Source: Candidatus Doudnabacteria bacterium
GTDB lineage: Bacteria; Patescibacteriota; Doudnabacteria; UBA920
Direction of reading: 5' to 3'
Assembly: GCA_031291995.1 (NCBI GenBank)
Contig: JARLHZ010000034.1
Coordinates: 14,915-78,914, forward strand
Length of the DNA stretch: 64,000 nt
Numbering within the stretch: the stretch's first letter is position 1; every line of letters starts with the position of its first letter. A program made the position numbers and the translations under genes. Below the pieces are notes generated by a model, which was not told where the DNA came from, searched no databases, and was given only the letters and a program-made list of their open reading frames with translations. Below are positions 6,852 to 15,226 of the stretch, piece after piece.

Positions 6852-9410
6852 ATGCCCGTTGAGCTAAGCACAATTCAAATTACGGCTCTGGTTTTAATTG
6901 CTTTGGTAGTCATTTTTTTGACTATCGCTTTTTATTATTTTAAAAGGCATCGCTATCACAGCAAACATATAGTTCCCAGAATAAAAGACTGGGTATTTTT
7001 GGAAATACAAATGCCCAAGGAAGGCTCGGAGGACAAGGACCAGCAGAGGCCGAAATCCGAGGAAGAAAAAAAGGCGTTGATTGCCGTGGCGGAGCAGTTG
7101 TTTACTACGCTTTCGGAGTCCGGACACAACAAAGGCTGGCTTTTGGGCAAGGATTATTACAGTTTTGAAATCGCATGCACGGAAAAGAAAATCAGTTTTT
7201 ATATAAATTGCCCGAAGCATTTACAGCAGCTGGTGGAAAAGCAGGTTCAGGCCCAGTATCCCCACGCCTTTGTGGAAGAAGTTAAAGGCTACAACCCGTT
7301 CCAAAAGGGCGGGACGATTGAAGTTATGGAATTGGAGCTGAACAAACAATATGTCTACCCGTACCGAACGTATAAAACCATGGAGTCGGACCCGCTGAAT
7401 TCTCTGACTAATGCCATGAGCAAGCTGCAGGAAAACGAAGGCGCGGCCATCCAGATAATTTTATCTCCGGCCGGGACTTTCTGGCAGAGCCGGCCCAGGC
7501 ACATGGCTTTGGAAATCCAGCAGGGTAAGAATCCCGAAATGGTGGAAAGAGGTCATGTCTATAAGTTATTGATAGGTTTCGCGCGATCGGTAGGACGCTC
7601 CATGGCGGGGATAGGCAACGGGAATCAAAATTACCAGGGCTCGCACGCGCATAAAGACTTGTCCGGTTATGCCTCGCCAATCCAGCTGACGCCAATGCAA
7701 AATGAAATTGTTAAAAAGCTGGAAGAAAAAGCCAGCCGCCCCGGTTACAAAACCAACATACGTTTAATTACGTCGTCCACCACGCCCGGGAGCGCGGAAA
7801 TCCACATGCGGAATCTGACCGCCGCGTTTTTACAGTATAATATGCCGCCGTTTAACGGCTTGCATCCTAAAAATCGTGACAAGAACGACGTGCTTAAGGA
7901 TTATATATTCCGCGTCTTCCGCGACAACGGCGCGCACGGCATTTTAAACACGGAAGAGCTGTCTTCCATATGGCATTTGCCCACGCCTTACATTGAAACC
8001 CCCAACATCAAATGGCTGGTATCCAAAAAAGCGCCGCCGCCGGTGAATTTGCCCAAAGAAGGTCTACTGCTTGGCCGCAGTATTTATCGCGGCCAGGAGA
8101 CCAAAGTGTTTATGGAGCGCGATGACCGCCGCCGGCATATGTATATTATCGGCCGCACCGGTTCGGGAAAAACCGAAATTATGAAATATATGTCCGTGCA
8201 GGACATTAAAAACGGCGAAGGTTTGTGCGTCATTGACCCGCACGGTGATTTTATAGAGGATATTTTGCCCCACATCCCCAAAGAGCGGGCCGAGGATGTT
8301 ATTTTATTTGAGCCGTTCGATATGGATCGGCCTATGGGATTGAATATGCTCCAGGTGGACAGCGAAGAACAAAAAGATTTTGCGGTGCAGGAAATGATCC
8401 AGATTTTTTACAAATTGGTTACCGACCCGGCCATGCTCGGACCGATGTTCGAGCACAATATGCGCAATGCTATGCTGACTCTTATGGCGGACGAAGAACA
8501 TCCCGGGACCATCACCGACATCCCGCGGATTTTTACCGACATGGAGTTCCAAAAATATAAAGTGTCCAAGCTCAAAGATCCGGTGGTTCGGCTGTTTTGG
8601 GAAAAAGAAATGGCCAAAACGTCCGACTTCCACAAATCCGAAATGCTTGGCTATTTAATTTCCAAAGTCGGCCGGTTCGTGGAAAACGCCATGATGCGAA
8701 ATATTGTCGGCCAGCCCAAATCGGCGTTTAACTTCCGTGAGGTTATGGACAAGAAAAAAATTCTGCTGATAAATTTGGCCAAAGGCAAAGTCGGTGAAAT
8801 TAACGCTAAACTTTTGGGGCTTATTATTGTCAGCAAAATCCAGATGGCAGCGCTGTCCCGCGCCGACACCAAAGAAGACAACCGTCCCGACTTTTATCTC
8901 TATGTGGATGAGTTCCAAAATTTTATTACCGACGCGTTTTCTTCCATATTATCGGAGGCCAGAAAATACCATCTTAACTTAATTGTCGCCCACCAGTATC
9001 TCGGACAGCTCGAACAGCAGGCCGGGGCGCAGGGAGCGGGCAGTAAGGATTTGCGCGACGCCGTATTCGGCAATGCCGGCACCATGGTTTGTTTCCGCAT
9101 TGGCGCCGAGGATAGCGAAATTATGGCCAAGGAGTTTAAACCGACATTTAACGAATTTGATTTGGTTAATGTGGACCGTTATAACGCATTTTTGAAGCTG
9201 ATGATAAACGGCACCGCCAGCAAGCCGTTTAATGTGGCCACTTACCCATTGCTCAGAAATGGAAATGAAGAGCAGGCTAAGGCTATACGACAGTTGTCAC
9301 GCTTAAAGCACGGGCGTGCCCGGGCCGAAGTGGAAGAAGAAATTTTGGAAGCCGGCCAAGTGGCGGAAAATATGGCGGCGGCTTTGCCGGACATTGAACG
9401 GGGGTTGTAG
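6852..9410 (+). CDS. membrane-anchored P-loop ATPase, VirB4/TrbE/TraC-like (T4SS/conjugation-type ATPase)
   Basis: 852 aa. N-terminal TM helix. Walker A IIGRTGSGKTE at about residue 433 and Walker B YLYVDEFQNF. The domain order (about 400 aa N-domain, then NTPase) matches the VirB4/CagE/TrbE family rather than coupling proteins. Confidence 0.6.
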   Translation: MPVELSTIQITALVLIALVVIFLTIAFYYFKRHRYHSKHIVPRIKDWVFLEIQMPKEGSEDKDQQRPKSEEEKKALIAVAEQLFTTLSESGHNKGWLLGKDYYSFEIACTEKKISFYINCPKHLQQLVEKQVQAQYPHAFVEEVKGYNPFQKGGTIEVMELELNKQYVYPYRTYKTMESDPLNSLTNAMSKLQENEGAAIQIILSPAGTFWQSRPRHMALEIQQGKNPEMVERGHVYKLLIGFARSVGRSMAGIGNGNQNYQGSHAHKDLSGYASPIQLTPMQNEIVKKLEEKASRPGYKTNIRLITSSTTPGSAEIHMRNLTAAFLQYNMPPFNGLHPKNRDKNDVLKDYIFRVFRDNGAHGILNTEELSSIWHLPTPYIETPNIKWLVSKKAPPPVNLPKEGLLLGRSIYRGQETKVFMERDDRRRHMYIIGRTGSGKTEIMKYMSVQDIKNGEGLCVIDPHGDFIEDILPHIPKERAEDVILFEPFDMDRPMGLNMLQVDSEEQKDFAVQEMIQIFYKLVTDPAMLGPMFEHNMRNAMLTLMADEEHPGTITDIPRIFTDMEFQKYKVSKLKDPVVRLFWEKEMAKTSDFHKSEMLGYLISKVGRFVENAMMRNIVGQPKSAFNFREVMDKKKILLINLAKGKVGEINAKLLGLIIVSKIQMAALSRADTKEDNRPDFYLYVDEFQNFITDAFSSILSEARKYHLNLIVAHQYLGQLEQQAGAQGAGSKDLRDAVFGNAGTMVCFRIGAEDSEIMAKEFKPTFNEFDLVNVDRYNAFLKLMINGTASKPFNVATYPLLRNGNEEQAKAIRQLSRLKHGRARAEVEEEILEAGQVAENMAAALPDIERGL

Positions 9411-9454
9411 GATCATATAGTAAATAACATATAGGCGCGAATGCGCTCGGCCGG

Positions 9455-9650
9455 GATGACAATAATTCAGTAACAGTTCACAAGCCTGAGTGAGGCCGAA
9501 AATCCTGCTGATTTTCCCAGCTGCGGGGCTCTTCGTTCATTCGCCTTTGGCGAATATCACAACGCCTCCCAATCCTCGCTGCGGAAAATCGCTAGCATTT
9601 CCGTCCTCCCGGGTTTGTCCAACTCGAGTTTGTGAACTGTTACAAAAATT
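9455..9650 (+). ncRNA. candidate structured RNA / structured 3' region closed by a 14 bp long-range stem
   Basis: GTAACAGTTCACAA (9459-9472) pairs with TTGTGAACTGTTAC (9635-9648). Several internal hairpins (GAAAATC/GATTTTC, ATTCGCC/GGCGAAT). The size and closing stem are compatible with a 6S-like fold, but not diagnostic. Confidence 0.2.
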
Positions 9651-9656
9651 CAGACT

Positions 9657-9684
9657 TGATTTATGTTTACTAAAATGGTATAAT
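9657..9684 (+). promoter_or_regulatory. sigma70-like promoter (TTGATT-16-TATAAT) for the downstream small ORFs
   Basis: TTGATT at 9657-9662 and an extended -10 TGGTATAAT ending at 9684, about 27 nt before ATG 9711. Confidence 0.5.
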
Positions 9685-9710
9685 ATCTCTATTATTAATT
9701 TATTAATTTT

Positions 9711-9962
9711 ATGGCGGAAGGCCATCACGATACAGGGCATCACGAAACTATTTCCCACGGAAGCACCAACAATGGGTTTTTTTTGAATATGTTTGAAACT
9801 TTGACTACCGGGGTTGCGGGTATAGTAAGTGAAGGTATGACCAATAATGCTTTAAATTTTACCACATCATTAAAAGATGTGGTGGCTCCCGATAACATTA
9901 AGTCTTCCAAGCGAAAAGGCGGAGGAGGCGGCGGAGGACATGCGGCGCCTGCCCATCATTAA
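9711..9962 (+). CDS. hypothetical small protein with His-rich N-terminus and poly-Gly C-terminus
   Basis: 83 aa ORF directly behind a consensus-like promoter. Confidence 0.4.
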   Translation: MAEGHHDTGHHETISHGSTNNGFFLNMFETLTTGVAGIVSEGMTNNALNFTTSLKDVVAPDNIKSSKRKGGGGGGGHAAPAHH

Positions 9963-10400
9963 ATGGAACATACAGCCACAAATTTAAACGAGCTTATCGC
10001 GCTATTTTTATCCGAGGCAATCCGAACCAGGCGCACTTCTATTTCCCGAGCCGCGGAAATTTCCCAGCGCGTCGTCTCGCGTCTGCCGTTTTTACGATCC
10101 GAATCGGGAGCTCTTATGATGCTTACGGAAATAGAAAAAGATTTCCAGGAGGTCAGCGTTTTAAAACAGGCCCTTCATTTTGGTTATGGGGCTTCGGACA
10201 TTAAGGTCTACGAAAGGGAAATTAAGGATTACGCCGGCAAGCTGTTTATTAGGGATATTCCGTCTTCAAACCAGTTTTTGCAGGATGCGGCCTTACCGCA
10301 GATGACTATTCAGCAGTTATGCCTAAAATATCCTGATTTTTGTATTTACCTGCAACATAACAGCGATAAAGCCCAAATGTTGGCGCAATTGGCCGTATAA
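9963..10400 (+). CDS. hypothetical protein
   Basis: 145 aa ORF. Its ATG directly follows the stop of the preceding ORF. Confidence 0.4.
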   Translation: MEHTATNLNELIALFLSEAIRTRRTSISRAAEISQRVVSRLPFLRSESGALMMLTEIEKDFQEVSVLKQALHFGYGASDIKVYEREIKDYAGKLFIRDIPSSNQFLQDAALPQMTIQQLCLKYPDFCIYLQHNSDKAQMLAQLAV

Positions 10401-10586
10401 TAAGGCTTATTCGCTATCCACTCTTTAGCCACAACCCGGATTTGCGGCTTTATTATTTTTTTGGTATAATGCCTTTGTACCTAAATGGCTTATTGAAACA
10501 AAAACCGCAAAATTACCGTAGTATTTAGTATAGAGTTTAGGCCATAGTTTTTTGCGTCTAAAAAACAAAACTAATTTTTTAAGCTT

Positions 10587-11228
10587 ATGGAAAAAGACAA
10601 AGACAAAATTGACAACAAAATTTCCAATTTGGTGCTGATTGCCCAAATGATAGACGCGGCTGAAAAAAATATCACCTCGGCCAAACAGATGTTAAGGGAA
10701 ATGATGGGCGGACCGGCTACCAAAGCGAATTTGGCGGCGTTTTCGGAAAAAGCCCAAACACTCACCGTTTCGGAAGGCGGCAAAGTTATTGAGGGCGTAT
10801 TTGACGGGCAGAACATGGTGGGTCCGGACAAAAAGCAGTATCCGGTGCCGGCCAACTATGCCTCCAAATCCAAACTGGTAGAGGGCGACGTATTAAAGCT
10901 GACTATTGCCGATGACGGTTCGTTTATATACAAGCAGATCGGACCGGTTGATCGCAAGAAAATGCTTGGCATGCTGATGGTGGATGAAAAGGGCGACTTC
11001 AGAGTTATGGCTGAAGGCAAGCCTTACAAAGTCTTGCTGGCTTCCTTAACTTATTTTAAAGCCGAGGCCGGAGACGAAGTGACCATTGTCGTACCCCAGG
11101 AAGGCGCGACCGAGTGGGCGGCAGTCGAAAATGTTATAAAAAAAGGCTCTCATTCTTTAAATACCGATATAGAAATGGGGGAGAATAGCGGCAGTAAGGT
11201 AATTGTGGACGAAGACGAGGAGCTATAG
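10587..11228 (+). CDS. hypothetical protein with internal duplicated beta-rich segments and acidic C-terminus
   Basis: 213 aa ORF. An extended -10 TGGTATAAT lies at about 10461-10469 upstream. Confidence 0.5.
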   Translation: MEKDKDKIDNKISNLVLIAQMIDAAEKNITSAKQMLREMMGGPATKANLAAFSEKAQTLTVSEGGKVIEGVFDGQNMVGPDKKQYPVPANYASKSKLVEGDVLKLTIADDGSFIYKQIGPVDRKKMLGMLMVDEKGDFRVMAEGKPYKVLLASLTYFKAEAGDEVTIVVPQEGATEWAAVENVIKKGSHSLNTDIEMGENSGSKVIVDEDEEL

Positions 11229-11304
11229 CAATTACAAATTAAAAATATCAAATTTTAAATTTGTACAAAGTTTTGGAATTTGAATTTGATTTGAAATTTG
11301 TAAT

Positions 11305-11985
11305 TTGACATTTGAAATTTATATAATGGACAACGTAGGTACAACTATGCCGAACCGAGAAAACGCTATTACCAGACTCCTGGAGCGTTTTCCGATAATT
11401 TACCAATTTCTGCGCTTTGCGGCGATTGGTTTTTTAAATGTCGCAATAAATTTTTTAATTTTAAACGGCATTTCAAAGGCTTTGGGGATATCGGAAGGTC
11501 TGCCACTTGGGGCTGTTGAGGCGGTGGCCTTTGTTTTTGCCCTGATTCAAAGCTACCTATGGAATAGAATGTGGACGTTTGGCGGCGAACAGGGCATATC
11601 GCTGTGGAAAAATTTTTTGCGGCTGGTGCTGGTGGGATCCGTTGGCGCGTTTTCGATTATTTTAGTCCTCGTCGGCTCCAAGTTTTTCGCTCCGCCGTAC
11701 TATTATTTTGGCATATTGCTGGTATTTTTAATCTGCCAGATAGTCCTGTGGCGGACTTTTGGCTTCCATACCTCAACCGCCGGACACACGGGCAATTCAT
11801 TTATCGCGTTTTTTATTGTAACGCTGGTGGGTTTTGGTATTAATGTCGGCTTGGTATCCCTAATTTCCCTGCACCTGCACATTACCCACACCGACCTGGA
11901 CAAAAACCTCGCCGCCGTCGCGGCCACCGCCGTATCATTGTTCTGGAATTTTTTTGGTTATAAGGTCGTGGTGTTTAAGAAATAG
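11305..11985 (+). CDS. GtrA-like family integral membrane protein
   Basis: 226 aa, multi-TM. RFAAIGFLNVAINFLILNG resembles the GtrA family motif. Possibly two GtrA-like repeats. Confidence 0.55.
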   Translation: MTFEIYIMDNVGTTMPNRENAITRLLERFPIIYQFLRFAAIGFLNVAINFLILNGISKALGISEGLPLGAVEAVAFVFALIQSYLWNRMWTFGGEQGISLWKNFLRLVLVGSVGAFSIILVLVGSKFFAPPYYYFGILLVFLICQIVLWRTFGFHTSTAGHTGNSFIAFFIVTLVGFGINVGLVSLISLHLHITHTDLDKNLAAVAATAVSLFWNFFGYKVVVFKK

Positions 11986-12111
11986 GTTTTAGTCTTTAAC
12001 TTGTAGTCTTTAGCTTAGAGCGGCATCGGCCGGTCTTTTTTTGATTTGACGCCGTAAGAGAGAGAGTACTATGAGGACAAGAATAAAAGTAAAATTTTTG
12101 AAAGGGAAATT

Positions 12112-12579
12112 ATGCAAGAAACAATGGATGAAACAAAAAAAGCCGATTGGCACCCTCTTCCCGAAGGCGAAGCTCACGATGAAGCCAATATGATGCGCGC
12201 TAATATGAAGCTCAATCCCGATACGGGATATGTAAAAAATCCCGGACTTAGTTATGAGGACGAAAGCCGACCGACTCCGGAAGATTACAATTATGCATTA
12301 AATGCAATTGAACAATTAAAAAAAGCGGCGGCAGACGAACCAAACTATCAAAAAGTTCTGCTTCAAATATCGCGTGTTGTTGCCAGGCCCTTCCAGGAGT
12401 TTTTTCACGCTTTAGACGCTGTAAGCCCGATTACAACGAAAACATTTAATGAAATGCACGAAAGACGTATGCACGCGTTGGATGACTCGGAAAAGCGCTT
12501 AAGAGCCATGCGGGAGTCCGGGCAAAATTTTGGCGACGCAGAGGCGGCTCATCACCCTAATGTGAAAGAAGAGAAATAA
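12112..12579 (+). CDS. hypothetical protein
   Basis: 155 aa ORF with no recognised domain. Confidence 0.45.
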   Translation: MQETMDETKKADWHPLPEGEAHDEANMMRANMKLNPDTGYVKNPGLSYEDESRPTPEDYNYALNAIEQLKKAAADEPNYQKVLLQISRVVARPFQEFFHALDAVSPITTKTFNEMHERRMHALDDSEKRLRAMRESGQNFGDAEAAHHPNVKEEK

Positions 12580-12660
12580 TCGAAGATTCTACTAAACCCG
12601 GCCAATTTCAGCCGGGTTTTTAGGCTTTTTTTGTTTGTGGAAAAATGCTAATATAGCAAT

Positions 12661-13487
12661 ATGGATAGTATCATTTTGCGTGGGCCGCATAAAGACTTTG
12701 AGGCAATAAAAAAACTTGACGAAAACGGCATGGAATTTTGGCTTGCCCGTGAATTAATGCCCTTGCTGGGTTACGAAAAGTGGCAGAATTTTGAAGAGGT
12801 GGTCGGTAAGGCGGCGCGGGCTTGCATTCAGAGTGGTCAGGTTGTGGATAACCATTTTACCGGAATCAGTAAAATGATAAAAATAGCCAAAAATGCGGTT
12901 AGGCCGGCTAAGGATTACAAGCTTGATCGCTATGCTTGTTACTTAATTGCGCAAAATGGAGATACAAGCAAAGAACCAATTGCCTTGGCGCAGACTTATT
13001 TTGCCTTACAAACCAGAAGGCAGGAGATTTTTGAAAATTTGCCGGAAGACGAAAAACGTTTATTTGTCCGAGGGCAGGTTAAATCTCAAAATAAAAAACT
13101 CATGGGTACCGCCAAAGCCGCCGGCGTAACGAAGTTTGGCGTTTTTAACGACGCTGGTTACCTCGGGCTTTATGGAATGCATTTGGCGGATGTGGAAAAG
13201 CGGAAAGTCATAAAAAAAGCGAACTGCTCGACAGGGCAGGAACAACCGAATTGGCCGCAAATCTTTTTAGGATAACTCAGACGCACGAAAAATTAGATAA
13301 TGACAAAATTCAGGGAGACTATCAAGCCAGCAGGGTTCATAATATGGTGGGTGGAAAAGTCAGGCAAACAATTAAAGATATTGGCGGAGTTCTTCCGGAA
13401 GACTTGCCTGCCGAAAGGCATATTTGCCAAATTCAAAGAGAAGTAAAAAGCTTAAAATCAGGCAATAAAAAATTGAAAGTGAAATAA
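12661..13487 (+). pseudogene. dinD: DNA-damage-inducible protein D (DinD)-like gene split by a frameshift at an A7 homopolymer
   Basis: ORF 12661-13275 matches the DinD N-terminal two-thirds (EFWLARELMPLLGY…RYACYLIAQNGD…QTYFALQTRRQE). Overlapping ORF 13251-13487 matches the DinD C-terminus (ELAANLFRITQT…GGKVRQTIKDIGG). The frames switch at aaaaaaa 13212-13218. Confidence 0.7.
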
Positions 13488-13490
13488 TTT

Positions 13491-15170
13491 ATGGCAGTTT
13501 TATATAGGAAATACCGGCCGCAGACATTTGCGGAGGTGGTAAACCAAAAACATATAATTCAGACTTTAAAAAACCAGGTGGCGGCCGGGCAGGTTGCGCA
13601 TGCCTATTTGTTTACCGGGAGCCGCGGGGTGGGGAAGACGTCGGTGGCGAGGATTTTGGCTAAGGCGGTGAATTGTTTGGGGGCAAGCGGATCAGCTGGT
13701 CCGCTAATCGGTAAATCAGCCAGGCAGCCGGGGGACGCATGCGGTGAGTGCGATGTATGCAAACAAATTGAAGCCGGGAATTTTTTGGATTTGGTAGAAA
13801 TAGACGCGGCGTCAAATACCGGAGTTGAGAATGTGCGGGATTTAATCGAACACGTAAAATTCGCCCCATCAATAGGCAAATACAAAGTCTTTATTATCGA
13901 CGAAGTTCACATGCTCAGCAAGCAGGCGTTTAACGCCCTGCTCAAGACTTTGGAAGAGCCGCCGAGCCATACCATTTTTATTTTAGCCACTACGGAAATC
14001 AACAAAGTTTTGCCGACCATAATTTCCCGCACCCAGAGGTTTGATTTTAAGACGCTATCTCCGGCGGATATTTTAGGTCAGTTGCAATATATTGCCAAAC
14101 AGGAAAATTTGAATTTTAACCCGGAAATTTTGGAGCTGGTGGCCAATAATGCCGAAGGAAGCGCGCGCGACGCTTTGTCGCTGCTCGACAAGCTTTTGAC
14201 CCTGGGCGACGAACTGACACTGGAAGACAGCCAGCAGCTATTGGGAATTACCGACATTGCGGTTTGCGAAAAACTGTCGGAATATATAGTGGAAGGCAAG
14301 CTTGCGGAATTGCCGGCATTTTTTGAAGGGCTAATGGAGGGCGGCGCGGACTTCGCTATTTTAAATCGCGACTATTTGGAATATTTGCGAAAAGTTTTGG
14401 TATATAAAATTACCGATGACGCGGAAGGATTTGGATTGGCGGATACCCATCGGGACGCGCTTAAAAGCCTCGCTGCCAAACTGACCATACAGGATATAAT
14501 GTTTGTTATCCGGCTGTTTTTGCGTTCCTACAAGGAATTGGACAGCTCACCAAGTCAGGAATTGCCATTGCTGCTGGCGAGCCTCGAAGCCGCGCAGAAG
14601 AAGGATGCAGGGCTAAGGGCTAAGGGTACAGTGGATAGTGAGGCTAAATCGTCAAAGGTGTCTTTAAAATCTTTCGCGGGACATATTCATAATAGCGGGG
14701 AGCCGGTCGGGTCCGTTACGGCGATAACATCACAAGCGTCTTTAAACGAACCAAAATCCGCGCCTCAAGTGGAGTCGGTCGTTGTGGAGCCGGTCGCGCC
14801 GCTCGAAGTATTATCCCATGATGAAAACCTGTCCGGCGATACCGTCGAACTTCCGGAAGCGCGGATTTTTTGGCCCAAAGTCATCAGCGAGGTCAAAAAA
14901 ATCAACAGTCCTTTGGCCAACCTGTTAAAAAGCTGTGAACTTTTGGAAACCAAAGGAAATAAAATTATTGTCGGCGTCAAATACTTGTTCAACCAGCAGC
15001 ATTTGAGCAACGCCAAAAATATCGATACTATAATGAAGGTCTTAAAACTGGTCAGCGGGAAAAACTTGTCATTATCGACCGAAGTTCAAAAGCAACCACA
15101 GCCGGAAACGGCTACTGTCGGGGCGCTTTCCGATGCCCTAAAAGTTTTCGGGGGTGAACTAATAGAATAA
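13491..15170 (+). CDS. dnaX: DNA polymerase III subunit gamma/tau
   Basis: 559 aa. YRPQTFAEVVNQKHI, Walker A GSRGVGKTS, a Zn-finger C-x-C…CxxC, and DEVHML. Confidence 0.9.
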   Translation: MAVLYRKYRPQTFAEVVNQKHIIQTLKNQVAAGQVAHAYLFTGSRGVGKTSVARILAKAVNCLGASGSAGPLIGKSARQPGDACGECDVCKQIEAGNFLDLVEIDAASNTGVENVRDLIEHVKFAPSIGKYKVFIIDEVHMLSKQAFNALLKTLEEPPSHTIFILATTEINKVLPTIISRTQRFDFKTLSPADILGQLQYIAKQENLNFNPEILELVANNAEGSARDALSLLDKLLTLGDELTLEDSQQLLGITDIAVCEKLSEYIVEGKLAELPAFFEGLMEGGADFAILNRDYLEYLRKVLVYKITDDAEGFGLADTHRDALKSLAAKLTIQDIMFVIRLFLRSYKELDSSPSQELPLLLASLEAAQKKDAGLRAKGTVDSEAKSSKVSLKSFAGHIHNSGEPVGSVTAITSQASLNEPKSAPQVESVVVEPVAPLEVLSHDENLSGDTVELPEARIFWPKVISEVKKINSPLANLLKSCELLETKGNKIIVGVKYLFNQQHLSNAKNIDTIMKVLKLVSGKNLSLSTEVQKQPQPETATVGALSDALKVFGGELIE

Positions 15171-15226
15171 ATGTGTTATAATATAGCGGTAGGCTCGTTC
15201 TCTAAAATTAGAAACAAAAAGTTCAA

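Noticed and set aside
9490-9786. 98 aa plus-strand ORF spanning the structured region and the 9657 promoter
   Set aside because: Low-complexity. It overlaps a near-consensus promoter and the start of a better ORF (9711).
13251-13487. Stand-alone 78 aa gene call
   Set aside because: Its upstream in-frame sequence continues the DinD alignment. It is treated as the 3' part of a frameshifted dinD rather than a separate gene.
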